Shown here: piece after piece, positions 28,363 through 37,074 of the stretch
Layout: each line of letters starts with the position of its first letter
How positions within the stretch are numbered: the first letter of the stretch is position 1
Origin: a bacterium
GTDB lineage: Bacteria; Auribacterota; UBA3054
Direction: 5' to 3'
Assembly (NCBI GenBank): GCA_017963805.1
Contig: JAGCTE010000006.1
Span: forward strand, 5,118-69,117
Length of the DNA: 64,000 nucleotides
The notes under the pieces: model-generated
Database searches by the model: none
Seen by the model: only the letters and a program-made list of their open reading frames with translations
Told to the model about the DNA's origin: nothing
Made by a program: the position numbers and the translations under genes

Positions 28363-28457
28363 ATAGAGCGTTTGGCTACGGACCAGAAGGTTAGGGGTTC
28401 GAGTCCCTTCGGGCGTACCATATTTTCCGCCGGAGTTTCCGCTCCGGCGGTTTTTTT
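28363..28457 (+). repeat. 95-bp direct repeat, copy 2. A 5'-truncated tRNA-Arg fragment plus terminator copy (att-like right end).
   Basis: Identical to 21438..21532. It lacks the tRNA acceptor 5' strand and D-stem, so it is not a functional tRNA. Confidence 0.9.
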
Positions 28458-28464
28458 ATAAAAA

Positions 28465-29631
28465 CTACCTGCTGCAGATCTCTTCCACAGCGTTCACGAA
28501 ATGCTCCCGGCCTTCGCTGATCTTGAGGGCGACTTTCAAATAATAGACAGGGGGAGGATCGAGTTCGACGCCGGCTCGCTTGGAGAAGCGGACCGCGTCC
28601 TTTTCGGTGATGAGGATGGCTTTGGCTTCAAATTGTTTCGCGGTCTCGTATATTTCCTCGATCTCGTAGCGCCTGAAGCGGTGGTGGTCCGGGAAGAAGC
28701 GTTTGCAAACGATGTTCGCGCCTTGAGTTTCCAATATTTTGACAAAGCCTTCTGGCTGGGCGATGCCGGTCACGACCATGACAGGCAGATCCTGCAGAAG
28801 CGAGAGGGGGAAGCGGCTTTCCGTATGCACGCTTATCAGTTCCGAGGGTTCGTAATAGCTGACGAGAATGTCGGCTTTCCTGTTGTACTTTCTGATCTCC
28901 TCTATGAGCTCCTCTTTCTTTTCCGGCGTCAGGTCGCGGGCTTTCGTGATGAGGATGTGGTCGGCTCTTTGCAGCTCTTCTATGGGCTCCCTCAAAAGGC
29001 CGGCGGGAAGCATCCTTTCGTATCCGAAGGGGCAGTTGGCGTCTATCAAGACCACGTCTTTCTGGCGGCGCAGCCTCATGTGCTGCATGCCGTCGTCAAG
29101 GATGATGGTGTCCACGCCGAATTCCCGCATGGCGTAGCGGGCGCCTCTCACCCTGTCGGGATCGGTTATGACGACGACGTTCTTAAGGTCCTGGGCAAGC
29201 ATGTAAGGCTCGTCGCCGGCTATCCTGGGGGAAAGCAAAAGTTCCTTGCCGTCGCAGACGACCTTGGTCTTGTTGCTGAAATCTTTGTATTTCCAGCGGA
29301 AACGCCAGCTGGGGGAATGCGATTTGTAGCCGCGGCTGACGATGGCCACTTTTCTTCCGCCTTTGCTGAGCGCGCGGGCCAGCTCTGCCACCACGGGCGT
29401 CTTGCCGGTGCCGCCGACCGTTATGTTGCCGACGCTTATGACGTAGCAGCCGGGCCAGTAGCGTTTTTTGTAGCCTTTTTTGTAAAGCCAGTTGCGGATG
29501 CCTATTATGCCGCCGTAAACTTTTCCCAGGAAGATCAGAATCGGAAGAATGACATATTTCCGCCAGCTTTTGTCGCCGCCGGAAATTAGTCTCTTCCATT
29601 TCTGCTCTCTTGAGAGTTTGTTTTTTTTCAT
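28465..29631 (-). CDS. lpxK: Tetraacyldisaccharide 4'-kinase (lipid A biosynthesis).
   Basis: P-loop ISVGNITVGGTGKTPVV followed by VAIVSRGYKS, typical of LpxK. N-terminal TM helix. Confidence 0.8.
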   Translation of the reverse strand: MKKNKLSREQKWKRLISGGDKSWRKYVILPILIFLGKVYGGIIGIRNWLYKKGYKKRYWPGCYVISVGNITVGGTGKTPVVAELARALSKGGRKVAIVSRGYKSHSPSWRFRWKYKDFSNKTKVVCDGKELLLSPRIAGDEPYMLAQDLKNVVVITDPDRVRGARYAMREFGVDTIILDDGMQHMRLRRQKDVVLIDANCPFGYERMLPAGLLREPIEELQRADHILITKARDLTPEKKEELIEEIRKYNRKADILVSYYEPSELISVHTESRFPLSLLQDLPVMVVTGIAQPEGFVKILETQGANIVCKRFFPDHHRFRRYEIEEIYETAKQFEAKAILITEKDAVRFSKRAGVELDPPPVYYLKVALKISEGREHFVNAVEEICSR

Positions 29632-30272
29632 TTGTTTTCGGCTTCCCGCTCCGCGAAGTCTATGAGTTTCCTGGCGACGGATATTTTGCTGATAAGGCCC
29701 AGGCGCTCCTTTTCCTTCTTGGGATATAGGAAAGTAGCGTTCAGTTTTCCCACCGCGAACCCGGCTAGGGGCTTGGAGACGTCGTTGGCCACGATCAGAT
29801 CGAGCCCTTTTACGAAGAGCTTCCTTTTGCCGGAGGCCTCGAGATCATTGGTCTCCGCGGCGAAACCTATTACGATCCTTTTCCCCTTGTCGGGGGAAAG
29901 GGATTTAAGGATGTCTTTGGTGCGGACCAGTTCCAGGATCGATTTCTCGGCGATCTTGTGCTCTTTCTGTTTAAGTTTTTTCGCAGGTTTGAAATCGCTG
30001 ACGGCCGCGGTCATAATAAGGACGTCGCAACGAGCGAATTCCTTTTTTATGGCCTGGTACATGTCCTCGGCGGAAACTACGGGAATGAATCTGCAGCCCT
30101 TGGGCGGCCTTAAGTTGACGGGCCCGCTTACCAGAACGCACTCATAGCCCCGCTTCACCGCCTCTTTTGCGACGGCGAAACCCATCTTGCCGGAACTGGG
30201 GTTGGAAAGGAAGCGGACCGGGTCGATGTATTCCCTGGTCGGTCCCGCGCTGACTAAAAATTTCAAGGGCAT
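29628..30272 (-). CDS. coaB: Phosphopantothenate--cysteine ligase (CoaB domain, stand-alone).
   Basis: The true start is [31 protein letters not shown], a CoaB signature. That ATG at 30270..30272 lies 2 nt after the coaC stop. The longer ORF 29628..30428 is an upstream in-frame extension overlapping coaC. Confidence 0.75.
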   Translation of the reverse strand: MPLKFLVSAGPTREYIDPVRFLSNPSSGKMGFAVAKEAVKRGYECVLVSGPVNLRPPKGCRFIPVVSAEDMYQAIKKEFARCDVLIMTAAVSDFKPAKKLKQKEHKIAEKSILELVRTKDILKSLSPDKGKRIVIGFAAETNDLEASGKRKLFVKGLDLIVANDVSKPLAGFAVGKLNATFLYPKKEKERLGLISKISVARKLIDFAEREAENK

Positions 30273-30274
30273 GT

Positions 30275-30799
30275 TTATTTCTTGACGATCTTCAAAATGT
30301 CTTCCAGAGGGGCGAGTCTGCCTAAGCCCGCTTTCCCGCAGGCTAGTTCGCCTTCCGTGGGATAAACGACTTCGACGCCTCTCTCCTGCAGTTTCTGGAT
30401 GTTTTCTTTCGTGGCGGGAGCTTCCCACATGCCGTCGTTCATGGCGGGAGCCACGATCTTTCTGCCCCTGTGGGCAAGCATGACGGAGCTTGGTCCGTCG
30501 TCGGCGAACCCGTAGGCCATCTTGGCGATGAAATCAGCGGAGGCCGGCAGAACTATTGCCGTTTCGCAAAGCTCGGCTAAGGCTACGTGCTCGGGGCGCC
30601 AGTCAAGCGGCTGGGCGAACTGGTCGATGTAGACAGGATTCCTGGAGAGGGTCCTGAAGGACACTTCGCCCACGAACTTCAGGGCGGCTTCCGTCATGGC
30701 GACGTGCACGTTGTAATCGTTCTTCACCAGAAGGCGCGTGAATTCGCAGGCCTTGTAGGCCGCGATCGATCCTGTTACGACTAAGAGAATGTCTTTCAT
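30275..30799 (-). CDS. coaC: Phosphopantothenoylcysteine decarboxylase flavoprotein (CoaC domain, stand-alone).
   Basis: [24 protein letters not shown] flavoprotein fold. 174 aa. Stop-2nt-ATG junction with coaB. Confidence 0.75.
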   Translation of the reverse strand: MKDILLVVTGSIAAYKACEFTRLLVKNDYNVHVAMTEAALKFVGEVSFRTLSRNPVYIDQFAQPLDWRPEHVALAELCETAIVLPASADFIAKMAYGFADDGPSSVMLAHRGRKIVAPAMNDGMWEAPATKENIQKLQERGVEVVYPTEGELACGKAGLGRLAPLEDILKIVKK

Positions 30800-31362
30800 T
30801 TGTTACCTCCGTAGATGATATCTTCCAGCTCTTTCGCGGCTCTGTCGGCGTCGTCGTTTATGACGGTGTGGTCGAACCAGACATGTTCCGCCATTTCGCT
30901 TTTGGCTTTGGCTAATCTTCTTTTTATGACTTCCTCGCTGTCGGTGGCGCGGCCTCTTAACCTTCTCTCCAGCTCCTCATATGAGGGCGGCATGATGAAT
31001 ATGAGGTGCGCCTCCGGCATTTTCTCGTGCACGGACCTGGCGCCCTGGACGTCGATGTCCAGGAGAACGTAGTAGCCTTCCTCAAGCTGCCGCTCCACCG
31101 CTTCCCTGGGCGTGCCGTAATAGTTGCCGTGGACGGTGGCGTGCTCTAAAAAGCGGTCCTCCTTGAGCCAGGCTTGGAAAGTCTCCACGGAAAGGAAAAA
31201 GTAATCCTTTCCCTCGATTTCTCCTACTCTCGGCGGCCGCGTGGTCGCGGAAACGGAGAAGCGAAGATCGTCGTGCCTCGCCATGAGTCTGGTGACGATG
31301 GTGGATTTTCCCGCGCCGGAAGGACCGGTCAGGACGAACGCTCTGCACTTCGGATCAGCCAT
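30796..31362 (-). CDS. gmk: Guanylate kinase.
   Basis: P-loop LTGPSGAGKST and the TTRPPRVGEIEGKDYFF guanylate-kinase motif. Confidence 0.85.
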   Translation of the reverse strand: MADPKCRAFVLTGPSGAGKSTIVTRLMARHDDLRFSVSATTRPPRVGEIEGKDYFFLSVETFQAWLKEDRFLEHATVHGNYYGTPREAVERQLEEGYYVLLDIDVQGARSVHEKMPEAHLIFIMPPSYEELERRLRGRATDSEEVIKRRLAKAKSEMAEHVWFDHTVINDDADRAAKELEDIIYGGNK

Positions 31363-31865
31363 TACTGTTTTTTCGCTTTGGCGGTCTTTTTGGCGGCCGG
31401 CTTTTTGGCCGCGGGTTTTTTCGCGGGCTTCTTGGCCGCGGGCTTTTCTTCCTTGGGCTCCTCCTTGGCCTTTTTGGGCGCGGCTTTCTTCGCGGGGACC
31501 AGCTCCTCGAAATAGGTCTCCCTGTTGGCCCAGATCTCCTCGATGTTGTATTCAGATCTGGCTTCTTCCGTGAAGAGGTGGACTATCACGTCGACAAGGT
31601 CGACCGCCACCCAGTTGTTGCCGGAGAGCGTCTCGTCCGCGCTGTAGGGTTTGACGCCCATGCCTTTCAGCTCTTTCAGAAGATTCTGCCCTGCGGCCTG
31701 CATCTGCCTTTCGTTCCTGACGGAGCCGACGATGAAGAAGTCCGTGATGGGAGAGAAGCCTCTGACGTCATAGATCTTGATGTCGCTGACCTGCTTGTCT
31801 TCCAGAAGCGAGCGGTAGGTGAAAACGATCTCAGGGAGATTGGGATTTTTTGCGGTTTTTGCCAT
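31362..31865 (-). CDS. rsfS: Ribosomal silencing factor RsfS (Iojap) with a C-terminal lysine-rich PAAKK-repeat tail.
   Basis: Core IKIYDVRGFSPITDFFIVGSVRNERQMQAAG ... WVAVDLVDVIVHLF matches RsfS. Tail AKKAAPKKAKEEPKEEKPAAKKPAKKPAAKKPAAKKTAKAKKQ. Located next to nadD, as is usual. Confidence 0.75.
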   Translation of the reverse strand: MAKTAKNPNLPEIVFTYRSLLEDKQVSDIKIYDVRGFSPITDFFIVGSVRNERQMQAAGQNLLKELKGMGVKPYSADETLSGNNWVAVDLVDVIVHLFTEEARSEYNIEEIWANRETYFEELVPAKKAAPKKAKEEPKEEKPAAKKPAKKPAAKKPAAKKTAKAKKQ

Positions 31866-31866
31866 G

Positions 31867-33111
31867 TTATTTTCCTGTATAAAGTTTTTTGCTTTTTATT
31901 AGCTTCGCTACAGAAGCGGGAATATCTTTCTTATCTATCTTACCTTCTTCCAGCTTTTGACGCAAAGCGGTGGAAGAAACATCGGTGGCGGGACCCTTTA
32001 TCAGGATGTCTTCCGGCTTGATCTTCGCTGCTTCTCCCTTGCGCTGGTAAACGGCCAGCTTCGCCAGTTTCCTTATTTTTTCCGGCTCGCGCCAGGTATT
32101 GAACCCTAGGTAATTGTCGGAGCCCAGAAGGAAATAAAGCTCGCAGGGCGCGAATCTTTTTTTCAGCGTTTGAAGCGTTTCCACGGTGTAGGAAACGCCG
32201 CCTCTTTCGAGTTCGCAGCTTTCCAGCCGGAAGGCTGGCTCCTTTCTCAGCGCGGCGCTGATCAGTTCGCAGCGAACTTCGTTGTCGGCGTAGATCTTGT
32301 CCCTTTTGTGCGGCGCTATATAAGCCGGCACGAAAAGCGTAAGATCGAGTCCTAGCTGTTTTTTGGCCCTTTTGGCGATGGCTAGGTGCGTCTTGTGGAC
32401 GGGATCGAAGGATCCTCCGAAAACGCCTATCTTCAGTTTCGCCTTCCTGGGCTTCAAAAGTTTTACGATGTCCCCTGTCTTCTCTGCGTAGAGTTCCGGA
32501 TTGTAGGGCGCGACATCTTCCTTGTCGCGGAAGCCCCAGGCGACGGCCATTACCGGGATCTTGGCGTTCCTGGCGGTCTGCATGTCCACTTCGGAATCTC
32601 CGATGTAGACCGCTTCCTCAGGTTTTGCTTTGAGAAGTCTCAGGGCTTCCCAGACGGCGTCGGGAGCGGGCTTCCTTTCCCTTCCCGGCTTGTCGCCCAA
32701 GGCCGCGTCCCAAAGGAGCGGGAAAAAGCGCTTGCAGAGCTTTCTAACCGCGCGCTCAGGCTTGTTGGAGACTATGGCGATCTTGAAGCCAAGCTCTCTT
32801 AACTTTCGGAGCGCTTCCGGGATCCCGGGATAGGGCCTGGTTTTTACGACGGTATGCGCCGCATAGTAGCGGCGCATATCCGCCAGTATTTCCGGATACT
32901 CCGGATCGCGCAAGCCTTCCTTCAGCGAGCGCTCCACGAGTTTGCCCACGCCGTTGCCGACGTAGCGCCTCGCCTCGCCGAGCGTGATAGGAGGCCTGCT
33001 ATGTTTGCTCAAGGCGAAATTGACGGCGGTCTGAAGATCGTCGAGGGTATCGAGAAGCGTCCCGTCAAGATCGAAGACCGCGCATTTGTTGGTTTTGCCC
33101 ATCAATTCCAC
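31867..33111 (-). CDS. nadD: Fusion protein. N-terminal HAD-family phosphatase (phosphoglycolate-phosphatase-like) plus C-terminal nicotinate-nucleotide adenylyltransferase NadD.
   Basis: HAD motif I VFDLDGTLLDT at the N-terminus. The C-terminal half reads IGVFGGSFDPVHKTHLAIAKRA, the (H/T)xGH nucleotidyltransferase motif of NadD. Confidence 0.7.
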   Translation of the reverse strand: MELMGKTNKCAVFDLDGTLLDTLDDLQTAVNFALSKHSRPPITLGEARRYVGNGVGKLVERSLKEGLRDPEYPEILADMRRYYAAHTVVKTRPYPGIPEALRKLRELGFKIAIVSNKPERAVRKLCKRFFPLLWDAALGDKPGRERKPAPDAVWEALRLLKAKPEEAVYIGDSEVDMQTARNAKIPVMAVAWGFRDKEDVAPYNPELYAEKTGDIVKLLKPRKAKLKIGVFGGSFDPVHKTHLAIAKRAKKQLGLDLTLFVPAYIAPHKRDKIYADNEVRCELISAALRKEPAFRLESCELERGGVSYTVETLQTLKKRFAPCELYFLLGSDNYLGFNTWREPEKIRKLAKLAVYQRKGEAAKIKPEDILIKGPATDVSSTALRQKLEEGKIDKKDIPASVAKLIKSKKLYTGK

Positions 33112-34067
33112 CAGAGCTCGCCCTCCATCTTTTCCCTGATCATGTTGCGCTTCAAAAAGCCGATGGCGCTTTCCAAGCCTTCCCTGGGCGTCATGAGGCT
33201 GTCTTCGTGCTCGATACTAAGGGCGTAGTCGTAGCCTTCCATCCTGAGCGCGCCGAAGATCTGCTTCCACTTTTGCTCGCTCATGCCGTGACCCACGGTC
33301 CTGAAGAGCCAGGCGCGGTCCCTTTCCTTGTCGAAGGGCTTCGTTTCCAAAACGCCGGTCCTGTTCATGACCTCCGGATGCAGCTCGGTGTCCTTGGCGT
33401 GGAAGAAGTGGATCGCCTTGCCCAGATAGCGGATGACGGAGACGATGTCCATGCCCTGCCAGATAAGATGCGAGGGGTCAAGGTTGGCGCCTATTATGTC
33501 GCCGACGGCCGCCCTCAGCCTTAGGAGACTGTCGGGATTGTAGACGCAGAAGCCGGGGTGCATCTCGAGGGCGACGTACTTGACGCCGCCGGATTCCGCG
33601 ATCTTGGCGGCCTTCTGCCAGTACGGGATCAGAACTTCGTTCCACTGGTAATCGAGGACTTTCCTGTACTCGGTGGGCCAGGTGCAGGTCACCCAGTTGG
33701 GCTGGTCGCCTTTCCCGTCGCCGGGGCAGCCGGAGAAGGTGACCAAATGATCGACGCCCAGCTGCCCGCACAGTTCGCAGGCCGCCTCGTAATCCGCCTC
33801 AAATCTGGCGGCTATTTCGGGGTTGGGATGCACGCAGTTGCCGTGCACGGAGAGGCAGACGAGGTTTATCTCGTGCTTCTTGAAGGTGTCCAAGAGTTTC
33901 TGCCTGGCCTTAGGATCCTTGACGAGCAATTTGGCGTCGGCGTGGGCCGTGCCGGGGTAGCCTCCGACGCCCAGCTCCATGGCCTCGACGCCCTGGCTTT
34001 TCAGGTAAGCGAGAGCGGCGTCAAGGCTCATGTCGGCCAGAGCCGGGGAAAATACGCAAAGCTGCAT
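33102..34067 (-). CDS. Sugar phosphate isomerase/epimerase (xylose-isomerase-like TIM barrel).
   Basis: 321 aa. Typical AP-endonuclease-2 / xylose-isomerase-like barrel blocks (LSIEHEDS, HAKD, ALEMHPG). Confidence 0.6.
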   Translation of the reverse strand: MQLCVFSPALADMSLDAALAYLKSQGVEAMELGVGGYPGTAHADAKLLVKDPKARQKLLDTFKKHEINLVCLSVHGNCVHPNPEIAARFEADYEAACELCGQLGVDHLVTFSGCPGDGKGDQPNWVTCTWPTEYRKVLDYQWNEVLIPYWQKAAKIAESGGVKYVALEMHPGFCVYNPDSLLRLRAAVGDIIGANLDPSHLIWQGMDIVSVIRYLGKAIHFFHAKDTELHPEVMNRTGVLETKPFDKERDRAWLFRTVGHGMSEQKWKQIFGALRMEGYDYALSIEHEDSLMTPREGLESAIGFLKRNMIREKMEGELWWN

Positions 34068-34076
34068 ATTGCCTCC

Positions 34077-35177
34077 TTATTTTTTGGAGCTTTTCTGTTT
34101 CTTGAAGTAGAAGGGTTTGCCGGTCTTGGCGGATTCGTAGATGCCTTCCAGGATCTGCGTGACGACGTAGGCCTGCTCGGCTTTGACCACCAGTTCGCCT
34201 TTGCCGAGGACGGCCTGCGTGAAGACGCGGGCTTCCCTGTCTTCCGAATTCTCGGTGTGCCCGTCGAAGAAAGCCGCGCCGCTGGCCTTGAGGTCGGGCT
34301 TAAGGACGTAGCGGGCGTTGTTCTTGATGCCGTTGATCCTCAAGCCGTCTTTCATGTCGGCGCCGGCCAAGGTGCCGCTGAATTCCGTGCAGGCTTCGCC
34401 GGTACTGAGGGTGTTGAGCGCCCAGCTCGATTCCACGATGATGGTGGCGCCGTTCTTCATGACGACGAAGCCGAAGGCGCTGTCTTCCACCGTGAACTTC
34501 TTGGGATCCCAGTCGCCCCAGGCGTTGCCCTGGTCGGTCTGCTTGTTGAGCTTGTGGTAGGTCGTCCCGACGGCGTAGGCGGGCTCGTAGTTGTTCAGCA
34601 TGTAGAGCGTCAGGTCGAGGGTGTGCGTCGCGATGTCGATAAGGGGACCGCCGCCCTGCTGCTTCTCGTCAAGGAAGACGCCCCAGGTCGGGACGGCCCT
34701 GCGGCGGATGGCCTGGGCCTTGGCGTAGTAGATGTCGCCGAAGGTGCCCTTCTCGCATTCCTTCTTCAAGAAGATGGCCTGCGGGGTGTAGCGGCTCTGG
34801 TAACCGATGGTGAGGATGCGTTTGTATTTCTTGGCGGCGTCCAGCATCTTTTTCGCTTCCTTGCTGTTGATGGCCATGGGCTTTTCGCACATGACGTGCT
34901 TGCCGGCTTTCATGGCGTCCACGGAGATGAAGCTGTGGGAGATGTTGGGAGTAAGGACCAATACCGCGTCGATGGTCTTGTCTTTAAGGAGCTCCTTGTA
35001 ATCCTTGTAGACCTTGGCGCCGGGGATCCCGTACTCCTTGGCGGCCTTTTCCGCTCTCTCCACGATGATGTCGCAGAAGGCGACCATTTCGGAATCAGGG
35101 TTGTGCTTGTGGGCGGGAAGGTGCTTGCCGTTGGCGATGCCGCCGCAGCCGATGACGCCGATGCGAACTTTTTTCAT
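34077..35177 (-). CDS. Gfo/Idh/MocA-family NAD(P)-dependent oxidoreductase.
   Basis: N-terminal Rossmann motif MKKVRIGVIGCGGIANGKH. 366 aa. Confidence 0.8.
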   Translation of the reverse strand: MKKVRIGVIGCGGIANGKHLPAHKHNPDSEMVAFCDIIVERAEKAAKEYGIPGAKVYKDYKELLKDKTIDAVLVLTPNISHSFISVDAMKAGKHVMCEKPMAINSKEAKKMLDAAKKYKRILTIGYQSRYTPQAIFLKKECEKGTFGDIYYAKAQAIRRRAVPTWGVFLDEKQQGGGPLIDIATHTLDLTLYMLNNYEPAYAVGTTYHKLNKQTDQGNAWGDWDPKKFTVEDSAFGFVVMKNGATIIVESSWALNTLSTGEACTEFSGTLAGADMKDGLRINGIKNNARYVLKPDLKASGAAFFDGHTENSEDREARVFTQAVLGKGELVVKAEQAYVVTQILEGIYESAKTGKPFYFKKQKSSKK

Positions 35178-35208
35178 TTTTTTCTCCTTTGAGGGGTGTT
35201 ATATTTTT

Positions 35209-35940
35209 TTAATTTTCTGCGATGGGTTCCAGAGGCTTAACATTGGGGCAGTCGATCTCCGTTAGCCACTTGTCGGGCTTCACGAATTCCGCGATGTTCG
35301 TTAAAAGCTTCTGGATCTTGGGATCCTGGTAGACTGGGTAGGTCTCGTGTCCGGGCTGGAAATAGATCACCTTGCCGTAGTAGCGCTTGAAGAACGCGAT
35401 GGAACGGAAGACTTCCCCGCCCTGGAACCAGCCGATGGCGAGAAGCCTGTCGGGCTGCGGGATGCCGAAGGGTTCGCCGTACATCTCTTCGTGCGGTATC
35501 TCGAGGTATTCGCCATCAAGGCCTTCGAAGATCTGGTGATTGGGCTCCACGAACCACAGTCTTTCCTTTTCGGCCACCTCTCTCCATTTCAGTGTGCAGG
35601 GGCCGCCCACCAAGGAGCGGAAGGGTTTGGATAGGTGCGCGGAATGCAAAAAGACTATGCCCATGCCTTTCCAGACTCTTCTCACGATCTTCTTGACGAG
35701 TTCGTCGTTTACTTTGCCGTGATAGCAGTGTCCCCACCAGAAGAGGACGTCGGTGGATCCAAGGATCTCGTCGGTAAGGTTCGCCCCGTCGTCGCCTTCA
35801 TTCTGCAGCACGACTGTCGTTTTGTTGCCGGCTTTCTCAAGGAACGCGGCGATCGTCTCGCCCATGCCCAAGGGATACGCTTCCTTGACTTCGCCTTCGC
35901 GCATCTGCCTATAGTTTTCGCACCAAACGGTGATGTTCAT
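35209..35940 (-). CDS. ThuA-like (trehalose-utilisation / class-I glutamine-amidotransferase-like) protein.
   Basis: 243 aa. Sits between two Gfo/Idh/MocA genes, as in ThuA/ThuB pairs. Assignment from overall pattern, moderate confidence. Confidence 0.45.
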   Translation of the reverse strand: MNITVWCENYRQMREGEVKEAYPLGMGETIAAFLEKAGNKTTVVLQNEGDDGANLTDEILGSTDVLFWWGHCYHGKVNDELVKKIVRRVWKGMGIVFLHSAHLSKPFRSLVGGPCTLKWREVAEKERLWFVEPNHQIFEGLDGEYLEIPHEEMYGEPFGIPQPDRLLAIGWFQGGEVFRSIAFFKRYYGKVIYFQPGHETYPVYQDPKIQKLLTNIAEFVKPDKWLTEIDCPNVKPLEPIAEN

Positions 35941-35960
35941 AATGTTTCCCCGGTGTTGGG

Positions 35961-37013
35961 TTAAAAATCTATTTCGACCACCTTGTTTTCCGCGGCGGAT
36001 CTGGCGGCGGCGGTCATGATCTTAAGTACGCGCAGGACTTCCCAATTCTTGACGTAGGGCTCCTCTTCCTTTCTCATTGCCTTGATGAAATGCTTGTAGA
36101 AGGCGAAGGGCTCGGGCTTGACGATCTCCAGAGGCAGCGTCTCCACCGTATCGTGCGGACGGTAGGCCATGGTTTTCGTGAAGCCGTTGCCGGCCTTGAT
36201 GCCGGTTATCTCTCTGGGCTTTTCCGTATAGATGGGGCGGACCATTTTGCCGTGGAGATCCCAGTCCTCCACCACCGCCGTGCCGTCGTGGCCGTAGACC
36301 ACCCAGCGGGGCAGCGGCGTGAAGCAGTTGGTGTCCACCACCACTTCGACGCACTTGTTGCCACTGAAGACCATCTCCAGCTTAAAGGCGTCATCGCAGT
36401 CGTAGCCGGCCTCGTAAGAGTACTGGCAGTAAAGGTGCAGAAGCTTCTCCTTCATCATGAACATGACTTGGTCGATCATGTGCACGCCCCAGTCGAGCAT
36501 CATGCCGCCGCCTTTAATTTTCTCGCAGCGCCAGCCGGACGGGACGCCGTTGGCGCCCTGCACTCTGGACTCTATGCGGCCGATCGGGCCGAGGAGATCC
36601 TTCTCGTAAATGTTTTTGACGACGAGGTAGTCGTCGTCCCAGCGCCTGTTCTGATGGACCATTAGAAGCGTTCCGCATTCGTCGGCGGTCTCCGCCATGT
36701 CCTCGAAAAGGCTTGGCGTTATGGCGGCGGGCTTTTCGCAGATGACATGCTTGCCGGCTTTGGCGCAGGCCTTGGCGTAAAAGGGATGCCAGTCGTTGGG
36801 AGTCGCGATAAGGACGGCTTCCAGTTCCGGATCAGCCAATAAGTCCTCGTAATTCTTGTAAACGACAAGGCCGTTTTCCGCGGCTCTTTTCTGACTCTTG
36901 GGATCAATGTCGTAGACGCCTTTCGCTTCGATAATTCCGCTCTTGGCCATATGTTTGACATGGTATCCGCCCATGCCTCCGTAACCGATGACGCCGACCT
37001 TTACCGTGCTCAT
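35961..37013 (-). CDS. Gfo/Idh/MocA-family oxidoreductase (ThuB-like).
   Basis: MSTVKVGVIGYGGMGGYH Rossmann start. 350 aa. Confidence 0.8.
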   Translation of the reverse strand: MSTVKVGVIGYGGMGGYHVKHMAKSGIIEAKGVYDIDPKSQKRAAENGLVVYKNYEDLLADPELEAVLIATPNDWHPFYAKACAKAGKHVICEKPAAITPSLFEDMAETADECGTLLMVHQNRRWDDDYLVVKNIYEKDLLGPIGRIESRVQGANGVPSGWRCEKIKGGGMMLDWGVHMIDQVMFMMKEKLLHLYCQYSYEAGYDCDDAFKLEMVFSGNKCVEVVVDTNCFTPLPRWVVYGHDGTAVVEDWDLHGKMVRPIYTEKPREITGIKAGNGFTKTMAYRPHDTVETLPLEIVKPEPFAFYKHFIKAMRKEEEPYVKNWEVLRVLKIMTAAARSAAENKVVEIDF

Positions 37014-37074
37014 AGCTTTTTGTTTTTTCTCCTGATGTTTTTTAGTGATTTATGTTTTTATATTTTATTATTTT

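Noticed and set aside
28501-29589. 362-aa ORF antisense to lpxK
   Set aside because: lpxK has a clear P-loop signature. The antisense ORF is compositionally spurious.
29628-30428. N-terminal 52 codons of the coaB ORF ([20 protein letters not shown]...)
   Set aside because: This extension overlaps the 3' end of coaC in another frame and is Arg-rich. The conserved CoaB sequence starts at the internal MPLKF ATG, 2 nt after the coaC stop.
33558-35192. 544-aa ORF antisense to the sugar isomerase and Gfo/Idh/MocA genes
   Set aside because: No motifs and low-complexity G/A/V/D composition. The opposite strand carries clear Rossmann-fold oxidoreductase genes.
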